Assembly (NCBI GenBank): GCA_045862955.1 | Contig: BTVI01000040.1 | Location: forward strand, 1 to 27,537 | From: Fimbriimonadales bacterium | GTDB lineage: Bacteria; Armatimonadota; Fimbriimonadia; Fimbriimonadales; JABRVX01 | Direction of reading: 5' to 3' | DNA: 27,537 bases | Shown: positions 8,343 through 17,037 of the stretch, piece after piece | How positions within the stretch are numbered: the first letter of the stretch is position 1 | Layout of the letters: each line of letters starts with the position of its first letter | Notes under the pieces: generated by a model | Seen by the model: only the letters and a program-made list of their open reading frames with translations | Database searches by the model: none | What the model was told of the DNA's origin: nothing | Translations under genes and position numbers: made by a program

Positions 8343-8604
8343 CCCCCCGCATTTCGCTCATCCCGCTTAGTGCGACGACTCCTCTCCGCCCGCCGACGGG
8401 TGGAGGTGGCGCTAACCCGTGCCAACCCAACTGACCTCCAACTCTCCACCCGCTAGCCTCCGCTAGCTGAGAGGTCTGGCTCTCCACACTACGGCGAGGT
8501 GGGCCCGCACGGCTACCGAAAGTCACGGGCCCGGCGAACCGATATTAATGCCGTGGGACCTGGCATTCCGGCTCGGATAGCCCCTGCGCGGTGCGGGGTG
8601 GCGA

Positions 8605-10344
8605 ATGGGACCTAGCGAGGGCTGGGCGCGAGTCGCGCTCGTCACCGGCCCGGACTGGACCCATGCGCCGTCAGTCGCCGACGCGCTGCGAACCGCAGGC
8701 CTGGTGTTTCGAAAGTACCCGCTCGAGCAGCTCGAGGCAGCCTGCTCCTATGCTCAGATCCTGATCGTGCCCCCGCTGGGCGGCGCAGCGGAGGCCGCGA
8801 CGCTGATTGCTCGCCACGTGGAGGATGGTGGCGCGGTGATCTGCCTGGGCGATACGAGCGGCCTGAACGCTTATCTCGGCGTGCGCTCGCCAACTGAGAA
8901 CCGGGAGTTCGGTGAGGGCTACCTGGCTCCCGTCGCCGAGCATTTCGTGCTGGGTTCCGAGACGGCCCCCATCCACTGTGTCGGCGGAGAGTGCGTGCTT
9001 GCTGACAGTGCTACGACCCTTGCTCAGCTGCTGGATTGCCACGGCAAGCCGACAGGGCTGTGTGGGCTTTCGGTGCAGGAGCACGGTTCGTCCACGGCCA
9101 TCTACATCGCCCCGGACCTCGGCCTGACTGCCGTTCGACTGAGGCAGGGCTGCTATGTCGAGATGGATGGTCTACCCGCGCCCGACGGCACTGCACCGAT
9201 TCGTGACCGCATCCTGCGCAGCGAGGACGGTTCGTTGCTGGATTGGGACTTCGACCGTGCTACGGGTCTCGCAGGCGAGCCCCCAGCGTTCCTGCTGCCC
9301 GCTGTGGATCGGCTCGTAAGCCTGGTGGTGCGGGCTGCGGCCTATGCCGCAGAGCGTATGGGCCTGCCGCTTCTTCTGCTCTGGCCGCATCGTGACGGCG
9401 CGGTTGCCACCGGCATGGTGTCCTTCGCAACCGACGGGACCGACGTGCAGAACGTGCAGACCATCTTACATCAGGCGACGTTGGTGGGCCTGCGCGCGAC
9501 TTGGTGCCTACGAAGCCCCGGATTCAGCCTAGACGTGGCCAAGGCTTTGCGCGTCCGGGAGCACGAGGTGGCGCTCCAATTCGAGGTGAGTGAGCCCGAG
9601 GACTGGGCTTCCGACAGGTTGAGCTTTCAGCAGACGCGCATGAGCCGCTCGGCGGGAGCCCGGCAGATGACCTCCGTGAGTATCCAGGACGGTCGGTGGC
9701 ATGGCCGCAACGAGTTTTGGGATTGGTGCGCGCGTGCGGGGATCGAGGCTGAGATCGGTCGATTCCCGTGGCAGCCGGGCAACGCCGGGTGCCTCTTCGG
9801 CACCTATCGGCCCTTTCGCCCTGCGCGCCGAGACGGCTCCCTGATGTCGGTGCTCAGCATCCCTTGCTTGGCCGCGGACATCGGGAGAAGGGTGTCATCG
9901 GCACGCGCCCTCGAGATCTTGGAGCACGCGGCAAACTCGCACGGGGTAGCCCACTTCTTCTTCGAGACACGCTCCTTCGATGAAAAGGCGGTGTCCGAGG
10001 CGTTCCGCAATCTAGTAGCGCACGCCCGACCGAGGGGCGTCGAGTGGGCTACCGCCGAGGAGATCACCCAACGCATGAAAGCTGTGCGGACCATGCGCGT
10101 GGAGTTAGGCGTTGCGGACGAGGGGCTCGCTGTAGCGCTGCACCCGGAGTACGAGATGCCAGAGGCTGCCTTGTGCATCACCGGTGACAACGTGGTAGCA
10201 GCCAGTGCGATGCAGAAGAGGCTGAGGGTCACTCGCGTGGTGCGCTATGGCATTCCTTGCTGCTCGGTCACCGTAGACCTGAGCGCTCAGTGCCCCACCT
10301 ACGTGTGTCTGGAGCGCGCCGCACCGGCCGAAAAGGCGAGTTAG
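8605..10344 (+). CDS. Protein with an N-terminal class-I GATase/ThuA-like region and a NodB-like polysaccharide deacetylase domain
   Basis: ARHVEDGGAVICLG N-domain. Central LWPHRDGAVATGMVSFATDG, GLRATWCL, REHEVALQF and GCLFGTYRPFRP fit the deacetylase-like architecture. Recognised by eye. Confidence 0.6.
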   Translation: MGPSEGWARVALVTGPDWTHAPSVADALRTAGLVFRKYPLEQLEAACSYAQILIVPPLGGAAEAATLIARHVEDGGAVICLGDTSGLNAYLGVRSPTENREFGEGYLAPVAEHFVLGSETAPIHCVGGECVLADSATTLAQLLDCHGKPTGLCGLSVQEHGSSTAIYIAPDLGLTAVRLRQGCYVEMDGLPAPDGTAPIRDRILRSEDGSLLDWDFDRATGLAGEPPAFLLPAVDRLVSLVVRAAAYAAERMGLPLLLLWPHRDGAVATGMVSFATDGTDVQNVQTILHQATLVGLRATWCLRSPGFSLDVAKALRVREHEVALQFEVSEPEDWASDRLSFQQTRMSRSAGARQMTSVSIQDGRWHGRNEFWDWCARAGIEAEIGRFPWQPGNAGCLFGTYRPFRPARRDGSLMSVLSIPCLAADIGRRVSSARALEILEHAANSHGVAHFFFETRSFDEKAVSEAFRNLVAHARPRGVEWATAEEITQRMKAVRTMRVELGVADEGLAVALHPEYEMPEAALCITGDNVVAASAMQKRLRVTRVVRYGIPCCSVTVDLSAQCPTYVCLERAAPAEKAS

Positions 10345-12227
10345 TCAACGAGCACCCGATCGTCGCCGACGCGACGCGTCAACTTGATCGAGTCCAAGTA
10401 TTCCACCAATGGCACCGCGTACTTGCGCGATGTCTGTGTTAGATCCCGAAAGGCAGCGACGGTCAGCCCTCCGGTGCGTCGGATCTCCTCGCGAACGAGG
10501 CGCTTGATCTCCTCCACCGTCTCCACCGGGTAGTACAACTCGTCACTCACTTTCACCACACGCCCCAGGTTGCGGGCGAGTCGCAACACCTCGAGTACCG
10601 CAGGTTCGGGAATCCCAGCAACGCGCGGGAGCTCGCCTAACGTGGGCACACGGAATCCAGCGTCCACCAGCAGCCTAACTACACGGTCTACCAGTGCCTG
10701 CTGCTTCTCGGAAAGCTCTAGGCGGAAGTCGGCGAGCCGAACGCCTGTGCCACCACTAACAACCAAGCCTTCTTCTGCCAGCCGTGTCAGTGCTGCATCC
10801 AGAGCCCTGGGGTCGGTCTGAAGCGGAGTAGCCGCCGCCCAGGTGGCCTTCGGCATTGTCGGTTCAGTCGGGTGACTCGCATGGTAGGTGCGAATGGGGC
10901 GGAGGAGAGCTTCCTTCAACGCTTCCCAGCCGCGAAGTGTTAGTATGCGCTCACCTAGTGTGATCACCCGCCCATCTGCCACGAGTCGTTCTACGACTTC
11001 GCGGGCTTCGGAGGGTCGTAGTGCACACAGTCGTCCAATCTGAGCGACATCCAAACCGGATGCACTCGAGTCGAGTGCCGTCAGGACTGCCTCTTCCGGC
11101 GATGCAGACAACGCGCCTGCAAACGCTCTCGAGTCGATTTGCGCCCTCTTTCGCCGAGGCGCGTTCGGCTGTACGATCTGCCCTCCACCGACCGTGATGC
11201 CTGGAGAGTAGCGGCGCAGTACGAACCGGTCTCCCTTTGCACACGCAATCGCCGACTCGCATCGTAGCTGTGCTGCTGCGGTCTCGCCCGCCCCGATCTC
11301 GCCCGTCCCGAGTGCCACGCGCGCGATCACCTCGGCCGCGCCGATGTGCAGACGAACGCGCGCCCCGTGCTTGAGCGGGGGCGCATCGCGCAGCAGGGTG
11401 ATGAGCGCGTCGCAGCAGAGCGTCTCCTCGCAGGCTCCCGGCGCGCAGAGCACCTGACCCCTATGCAACTTGTCCTTCGCCGGGCCGGACAGGTTCGCGG
11501 CTACGCGCTGGCCTGCGATTGCTCGGGAGACCTTCTGACCATGCACCTGCAAGCCACGTATGCGGCACGTCAGCGACCCCGGCACTAACAGATAGCTGCC
11601 ACCCTCTTCCAGCGTCCCAGCTACCAGCGTTCCTGTCACCACGGTTCCGAATCCTGTCATGGTGAACACACGATCCACTGGCATACGGGCCGGTGCGCCC
11701 GCGTCTCGGGCCGGCATGCGCTCCAACTCAGCGTCCAGCGTGTCACGCAGCTCGTCCAAGCCGCTACCCGTGACGGCAGAAGTCTCGACGATTTTGGGCT
11801 CCGGCAGATCGCGTTCCGCTAACAACGCGCGAACGTCCTCTGCGACTAGCGCGCGCATCTCTTGGTCTGCTAGGTCGCACTTAGTGAGTGCGACGACCAC
11901 ACCACGCACGTCGAGCAGGCTCAGGATGTCCAGGTGCTCTCGCGTCTGCGGCATCACGGCCTCATCCGCAGCAACCACTAACAATGCGAGGTCCACACCA
12001 CCCGCACCCGCCAGCATGTTCTTGAGGAACTTCTCGTGCCCCGGCACGTCTACGATGCCCACGCGACCCGAACGCGGGAGGTCCAACCATGCGAAGCCGA
12101 GGTCAATCGTCATGCCGCGCTGCTGCTCTTCGCGTAGGCGGTCCGGATCAATGCCGGTCAAAGCTTTGATGAGCGTGGACTTGCCATGGTCCACGTGCCC
12201 CGCCGTCCCGATGATGAGCGGCTTCAC
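10341..12227 (-). CDS. selB: Selenocysteine-specific translation elongation factor
   Basis: IGTAGHVDHGKS, IDPDRLREEQQRGMTIDLGFA, DVPGHEKF, TKCD, DRVFTMTGFGTVVTGT and the C-terminal winged helix FRDLTQTSRKYAVPLVEYLD. Confidence 0.97.
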   Translation of the reverse strand: MKPLIIGTAGHVDHGKSTLIKALTGIDPDRLREEQQRGMTIDLGFAWLDLPRSGRVGIVDVPGHEKFLKNMLAGAGGVDLALLVVAADEAVMPQTREHLDILSLLDVRGVVVALTKCDLADQEMRALVAEDVRALLAERDLPEPKIVETSAVTGSGLDELRDTLDAELERMPARDAGAPARMPVDRVFTMTGFGTVVTGTLVAGTLEEGGSYLLVPGSLTCRIRGLQVHGQKVSRAIAGQRVAANLSGPAKDKLHRGQVLCAPGACEETLCCDALITLLRDAPPLKHGARVRLHIGAAEVIARVALGTGEIGAGETAAAQLRCESAIACAKGDRFVLRRYSPGITVGGGQIVQPNAPRRKRAQIDSRAFAGALSASPEEAVLTALDSSASGLDVAQIGRLCALRPSEAREVVERLVADGRVITLGERILTLRGWEALKEALLRPIRTYHASHPTEPTMPKATWAAATPLQTDPRALDAALTRLAEEGLVVSGGTGVRLADFRLELSEKQQALVDRVVRLLVDAGFRVPTLGELPRVAGIPEPAVLEVLRLARNLGRVVKVSDELYYPVETVEEIKRLVREEIRRTGGLTVAAFRDLTQTSRKYAVPLVEYLDSIKLTRRVGDDRVLVD

Positions 12228-12232
12228 GGCAC

Positions 12233-13111
12233 TCAGACCTCCTTCAGCGATTTGATCCCCGGGATCGGCACCTCTTGGAACTCTCCGTCAATACACACTT
12301 GGGCCGTGAAGCCGTCTTTGGACGCGGCGGCTCCCCACTCACCCTCGGTGTTTACAGCGAATACGGCGCTGCAGCGGGCCGTAGTGTTAGGTCTTCGCCG
12401 CACCATCTCGGCGATGGCCAGGCGGCAAGAGTGCATGGGTGATAGCCCTTGGCGCATGCCATCCACCGCGCGATAGCTCAAGAGGAAGCGCCAGATGTCT
12501 TCGCCGACACCCGTCGCACCCGCACCACCCACCTCATCGTCTGCGTATAGGCCGGCTCCGAAGATGGCAGAGTCGCCCACGCGTCCCGGCATCTTCCATG
12601 CAAGACCGCTGGTAGTGCACCCCGCGACCACATGCTTGCCGTCGGTGCCGACACAGGTACACGTGTCATGCGTGTCGTGGGCCGTCATAGGCATGGTCTG
12701 CTGCACTCGCCACTCCTGGTAGCGTTCCAACGCCTGAGGGGTGAGTAGCTGTCGCACCTCGAAGCCGTGGCGGATGGCAAACTTCTGCGCGTTCTCGCCG
12801 ACCAGCATCACGTGAGGGGTCTCCTCGAGCACCCTGCGTGCGAGGCTGATCACGGGCACGATGCCTTGCACGCCCGCTACTCCGCCGCACCGGAGATGCT
12901 CGCCGTCCATGAGACCGGCATCCAACTCCACCACTCCTTCGGAGTTCGGCATGCCGCCATAGCCCACCGACGTCACCGATGGGTCCAGCTCCACCTGTGC
13001 AAGACCGTGCTCGACCGCAGTGAGGAGGTCGGCATGGCGCTCCCATACACTCCATGCCTCATGGACGCAGATCCGACCGAAAGACCAAGTGGAGACGAAA
13101 ACCGTTGGCAT
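12233..13111 (-). CDS. N(4)-(beta-N-acetylglucosaminyl)-L-asparaginase / isoaspartyl peptidase (Ntn hydrolase)
   Basis: STWSFG N-terminus, SVGYGGMPNSEGVVELDA, TPHVMLVGE, HD|T autocleavage site, TTSGLAWKMPGRVGDS, ATGVGE. True start ATG 13111; the upstream part of the track ORF overlaps the Gfo gene. Confidence 0.92.
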   Translation of the reverse strand: MPTVFVSTWSFGRICVHEAWSVWERHADLLTAVEHGLAQVELDPSVTSVGYGGMPNSEGVVELDAGLMDGEHLRCGGVAGVQGIVPVISLARRVLEETPHVMLVGENAQKFAIRHGFEVRQLLTPQALERYQEWRVQQTMPMTAHDTHDTCTCVGTDGKHVVAGCTTSGLAWKMPGRVGDSAIFGAGLYADDEVGGAGATGVGEDIWRFLLSYRAVDGMRQGLSPMHSCRLAIAEMVRRRPNTTARCSAVFAVNTEGEWGAAASKDGFTAQVCIDGEFQEVPIPGIKSLKEV

Positions 13112-13143
13112 AGGCGTATCGTACCCTTCGCGGTTCGAGGGCC

Positions 13144-14160
13144 TTACAGCGCGCGAATCGGGATTCGCCGCTTCCGCTTCGCCGACTCGATGGCGGCGAA
13201 CACCATGGCGAGCGATTTGATGTTGTCGTGGCACTCCGTCTGCGGCAGGGTTCCCTTTCGCAGGTAGGTCAGCATCTCGCTCAGAGCGCCGTGAAAGCCC
13301 TCGTATTTCACCACCACCTTCGGCGGGTGAACGGCCTTTCGTTTGCGCTCGAAGCCGGATCCTGGGAGCGCGACCTCGCCCACGGGGTCCGCGTTCGCCT
13401 CGTACAGCATCGTGCCCTTCGTACCGATGACGCGCCAGTCGCCGTTCCAACTCGTCGGACAACCTTCCGCGCACCAGCTGCCGCGGTAAGTGAACACGAT
13501 GCCGTCCGTCATCTCGAACACGCAGGTCGCCGCGACGTCGCCCTTGTACCACGAGCCCTTCGGGTTGAACTCGTGGGCGTACACCGCCACGGGGTCGGCG
13601 CCGGTGAAGAAGCGCGCTAGGTCGAATTGGTGAATGGCCATGTCCAAGATCAGCGGGCTCTGCATCTGCTCCCGAAAGCCACCGAAGTGGGCGCCCATAT
13701 AGAAGTCGCAGTTGACGGTGGTCACGTCGCCGATCAGGCCGCGGCGCAGCCCCTCACGAAGCGACGCGTGCCTCGGGTCCCAGCGCCGGGTCTGCGCCAC
13801 CATATACATCCTGCCGGTCTGTTCCGAGGTGCGCACCATCCTTCGCGCTTCGGACATCGAGGCTGCCATCGGCTTCTCGCCCAGCACGTGGCAGCCGGCC
13901 CGCAGGGCCGTGGTGGTCACCTTCGCGTGCGCATCGGGGGTCGTCAGGTCCAGCACGAAACTCGGCCTGTGCTTCCGCAACGTCGCCTTCAGGTCTGTCG
14001 AGACTTCGGCACGAAGCCCGTGGCGCCGCAGGGCTTTCTGTGCGACCTTCGGATCGATCTCCACCACCGCGAGCACGCCCACACCTTCTTCGATCAGACG
14101 GGGGAACCACGCACCCGAGATGCCACCCGCTCCGACTACGACCACCGTCTCCTTGGCCAC
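13144..14160 (-). CDS. Gfo/Idh/MocA family oxidoreductase
   Basis: VVGAGGIS Rossmann motif, HVLGEKPMA, LILDMAIHQFDLARF. AGGAGGA RBS before GTG. Confidence 0.93.
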   Translation of the reverse strand: MAKETVVVVGAGGISGAWFPRLIEEGVGVLAVVEIDPKVAQKALRRHGLRAEVSTDLKATLRKHRPSFVLDLTTPDAHAKVTTTALRAGCHVLGEKPMAASMSEARRMVRTSEQTGRMYMVAQTRRWDPRHASLREGLRRGLIGDVTTVNCDFYMGAHFGGFREQMQSPLILDMAIHQFDLARFFTGADPVAVYAHEFNPKGSWYKGDVAATCVFEMTDGIVFTYRGSWCAEGCPTSWNGDWRVIGTKGTMLYEANADPVGEVALPGSGFERKRKAVHPPKVVVKYEGFHGALSEMLTYLRKGTLPQTECHDNIKSLAMVFAAIESAKRKRRIPIRAL

Positions 14161-14350
14161 GATTATCCTCCTCGCCGCTTGCCCGCCTACTACGGCCGGA
14201 TTCTACCGGCAGAGGTCTCCGCTCCCCCCAACGGCGGCACGAAGGTCGTTGGAGAAGGACGTTGCCTTCCTCGCTTGTTGCAGGGAAGAGGATTGAGGTG
14301 TGGGTTCTGCGAGCGGTCGCTTACACCCCGCCATCCGTGCGCAGTTCAGC

Positions 14351-14394
14351 CCCCCCACCCCAACCCTCTCCCCCGAGGTCGGGGGAGAGGGAGG
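14351..14394. repeat. REP-like hairpin of the CCCTCTCCC/GGGAGAGGG type
   Basis: Perfect 12-bp stem CCCTCTCCCCCG (14364-14375) / CGGGGGAGAGGG (14380-14391), preceded by CCCCCACCCCAA, between divergent genes. Confidence 0.6.
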
Positions 14395-14469
14395 ATGTGC
14401 AGCCTCAAGCCGTTGCTGTACAATCTCAAGCCAAAGGTCACAAATCTTCAATCTCAGGCCGCAACCACC

Positions 14470-14498
14470 TTGACTTTTTGCACGTATCGGTCTATGAT
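14470..14498 (+). promoter_or_regulatory. Sigma70 promoter TTGACT-17-TATGAT for the DUF2089-DUF4097 operon
   Basis: TTGACT at 14470-14475, 17-nt spacer, TATGAT at 14493-14498, then GAGGAGG RBS and ATG 14520. Confidence 0.8.
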
Positions 14499-14519
14499 TG
14501 TGCCGAGGAGGGTCGAGAG

Positions 14520-14912
14520 ATGCACAAGCAACCCAGCAAGTGCCCGGTGTGCGACGGGACCTTTCACATCTCGGAGCTGACCTGCGACGCCTGCCACTCC
14601 GTTCTTCGCGGGGAGTTCGCCCCGTCGCGATTCGAGCGGCTGGACAGAGATCAGGCCAACTTTTTGGAGGTGTTCCTTCGCTGCCGCGGCGTACTGAACG
14701 CCGTCGAGAGGGAGCTCGGAATCTCCTATCCCACCGTGCGCTCGCGTCTGGACGCACTGCTCGAGGCGTTGGGCCTGACACCCACCTCGGCGCAGGAGTC
14801 CGAGGCGCGCCCCGCCGAGAAGGCCAAGGCGAGGCTGGAGATTCTGGACAAGTTGGAAAAGGGCGAGATAGCCCCGGACGAAGCAGCGGCCGCGCTGCGC
14901 AACCTGAAATAG
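14520..14912 (+). CDS. DUF2089 family protein (Zn ribbon + HTH + C-terminal helical hairpin)
   Basis: CPVC..CDAC, LRGEF, FLEVFLRCRGVLNAVERELGISYPTVRSRLD, C-terminal RLEILDKLEKGEIAPDEA. Confidence 0.9.
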   Translation: MHKQPSKCPVCDGTFHISELTCDACHSVLRGEFAPSRFERLDRDQANFLEVFLRCRGVLNAVERELGISYPTVRSRLDALLEALGLTPTSAQESEARPAEKAKARLEILDKLEKGEIAPDEAAAALRNLK

Positions 14913-14924
14913 GGAGAGAGAACG

Positions 14925-16103
14925 ATGCGCGAAGAGATCAAGCGTATCACGCAGATGGTCCAGGAAGGCAAACTGACCCCCGAGGAGGCCAGCGACCTCA
15001 TCGAGGCCATCACCGCCGGCTCGCGAACCGAGCAGGCCGAAGGAGAAGAGCGGGAGGAAAGGGCTCGCCGCGATACGTTCGACGAGCTCTTCAAGGCCGT
15101 GGACCGCGTGACCCGCGACGCAATGGAGAGAGTCAACTGGCCCGAAATCGCCGAGAAGATACGAAGCGCCACCCGAACCGGCTGGGACCGCATCAAGACG
15201 GACCTGGAGCAAGTGGGCCGCGGAGACTGGAAGAACCTGTTCGGTCGCCATACCGAGGAGAAGAAGCAGGAACTGGAGCTGGACATCGAGCCGGGCGCCA
15301 CACTCCGGTTCGAGCTGCCCAACGGAGACGTGAAGGTGGTCGGCGGGTCCTCCGACCCCAGGGTGATCGCGCGGGCCGAGATTCGCGGCAAGGACGAAGA
15401 AGAGTCGCGCAGGCGGGCAGACGCCTGGGCTCTGCTGCTGGAACAGAGCGGAGACGAAGCCGTTTTGAAGATCCCCGGCCAGGGCTCCGGCACCGTACAC
15501 ACCGACCTGGAGATCTATGTGCCCGCTGGTGTCAAGCTGGACGTGAAGACTGCCTCGGGCGATGTCGAGGTGCGCGACACCCAGGCCGCCGTGAAGCTCA
15601 CCACGCATAGCGGCGACTGCTCCATCCAGGACGCAGCCGACCGGCTGACGGTGACTGCTACCTCCGGCGATGTGAGCATCAAGGAGTTCGATGGCGCACA
15701 GATCACGGTGGAGACGCGCTCAGGCGACATCAGCCTGAACGAGGTGCACGCCAATATCAACGTGCGAACCGCTAGCGGCGACCTCTCGCTGAGAAAGGTC
15801 ACGGGCGACGCAATCTCGGCAGAGGCCATCAGCGGCGACGTGGACGTGGTGTTCGCAGAACCGTTCGACGGCGCGTGCAACCTGCGGGCGGTAAACGGCG
15901 ATATCCGCATCGCCGCACCGGATGGGTCGTCCTGCCGAGTGAGCCTGTCCTCGATCAGCGGTGAGGTGTCGAGCAGCGTTTCCCTGCGGGACGAGATTCG
16001 GTCGGAGAAGCGTCTGACCGGTACGCTGGGAGAGGGCGAGGGCTCGCTGGACGCCAGTGCCATCAGCGGCGATGTCTCGCTGGAGATGAAGTCGGCAGTG
16101 TGA
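14925..16103 (+). CDS. DUF4097 beta-strand repeat protein with N-terminal SHOCT-like helix pair (YvlB/LiaX-like)
   Basis: N-terminal REEIKRITQMVQEGKLTPEEASDLIEAI; repeated xTxSGD units (KTASGDV, TTHSGDC, TATSGDV, ETRSGDI, RTASGDL, EAISGDV, SAISGDV). Confidence 0.88.
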   Translation: MREEIKRITQMVQEGKLTPEEASDLIEAITAGSRTEQAEGEEREERARRDTFDELFKAVDRVTRDAMERVNWPEIAEKIRSATRTGWDRIKTDLEQVGRGDWKNLFGRHTEEKKQELELDIEPGATLRFELPNGDVKVVGGSSDPRVIARAEIRGKDEEESRRRADAWALLLEQSGDEAVLKIPGQGSGTVHTDLEIYVPAGVKLDVKTASGDVEVRDTQAAVKLTTHSGDCSIQDAADRLTVTATSGDVSIKEFDGAQITVETRSGDISLNEVHANINVRTASGDLSLRKVTGDAISAEAISGDVDVVFAEPFDGACNLRAVNGDIRIAAPDGSSCRVSLSSISGEVSSSVSLRDEIRSEKRLTGTLGEGEGSLDASAISGDVSLEMKSAV

Positions 16104-16142
16104 GTGCCTGTGGGGTAGCGCCCCTCGTCGAGAAGCAGACGC

Positions 16143-16179
16143 CCCCTCTCGCCACCGGCCCTCGGGGTGGCGAGAGGGG
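16143..16179. terminator. Hairpin between convergent genes, likely bidirectional terminator
   Basis: Perfect 14-bp stem CCCCTCTCGCCACC/GGTGGCGAGAGGGG; no strong U tract. Confidence 0.55.
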
Positions 16180-16212
16180 CATCTAAGCGCTGTGTCACAG
16201 ACCATCCCCGGA

Positions 16213-16851
16213 TCACCAGTCCCAGGCTGGGGACCAGTCCGCGATCCGCTTGTAGCTCTCCTCGGTGATGGCTAGCGAGGAGTTACATATCAGCCCCCAG
16301 GACTTGCCACCATGCACCGCCCTGCTGAACTGCGAGAGCGGCAACTTGGCATCTGCCACTAAGAACCCATGAGTATCGGTGAAGGTAACCCTGAGTGTGT
16401 GCCCGACCCCCTGCTCCGCAGCAGCTTTGAGGGAGCCTGTGTACGGTGACAGGCGGACGATCATATGCATCTCGCCAGACCAGTAGGAAATCGAGCACGA
16501 TGCCTGTGTGCCACCGTTTGGCCCGATGTCATACTCCGTCAAGTCACGCGGCTGCGCAAGCTCTTTCTCCTCATACTGACGCCTCTGTTCGGCTGCGCGC
16601 GACTCCGCCTCCATGTCGCTTTCGGTCTGCCACCCTGTTGCAGTGGCTCGTTCTCTAATCCCGCTCAGACGATTCACCCGCCAGAGATCCTCTTGAGATA
16701 CCGAGATACCGTCAAAATCTCTGACCCGCTTCTCGTGTATGTACACGTAAGGGGTGGGCCACACGAAATAAAGGAAACCGACGACCGTAACGCCAACAAC
16801 TACCAAAGCTACCGTTCTCTGACCCGCCACCTTGCACCCAAGGATACTCAT
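16213..16851 (-). CDS. Hypothetical membrane-anchored protein
   Basis: TM segment VALVVVGVTVVGFLYFVWPTPY, short coiled coil, then a globular domain (VTFTDTHGFLVAD). Start uncertain (16989, 16851 or 16830). The N-terminal extension in the ORF track is repeat-derived. Confidence 0.65.
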   Translation of the reverse strand: MSILGCKVAGQRTVALVVVGVTVVGFLYFVWPTPYVYIHEKRVRDFDGISVSQEDLWRVNRLSGIRERATATGWQTESDMEAESRAAEQRRQYEEKELAQPRDLTEYDIGPNGGTQASCSISYWSGEMHMIVRLSPYTGSLKAAAEQGVGHTLRVTFTDTHGFLVADAKLPLSQFSRAVHGGKSWGLICNSSLAITEESYKRIADWSPAWDW

Positions 16852-17037
16852 CTCCGCACGGATTCTACCAAACTGCAAGGCGGCACGAGTCGTGCCTGTA
16901 GTGCCGGAGTGGATGAGCCTACTTTCTGTTAGGCCGCCCGAGCGTGCGAAGTCTTCGTTGGTGCGAGGCCGGCGCGTTTGAACCTCCATCCACCTGGAGG
17001 GATGAGCTTGCGCCACGCGGCCTCCATCCCTCACCAA

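Noticed and set aside
8284..8526. 80-aa minus-strand ORF, or a glycine/cobalamin/c-di-AMP riboswitch in this gap
   Set aside because: The ORF is not protein-like. Fragments such as GGAGAG and CTTTCAGG lack the other conserved riboswitch elements, and the G-U pairs favour the + strand.
13112..13552. Long N-terminal extensions in the ORF track (asparaginase; also wzt to 19585, moxR to 26029, ROK from 25451, DUF2089 from 14040)
   Set aside because: The extensions overlap neighbouring genes or promoters and are low-complexity. Family homology begins at the shorter starts, several of which have a clear RBS or coupled stop.
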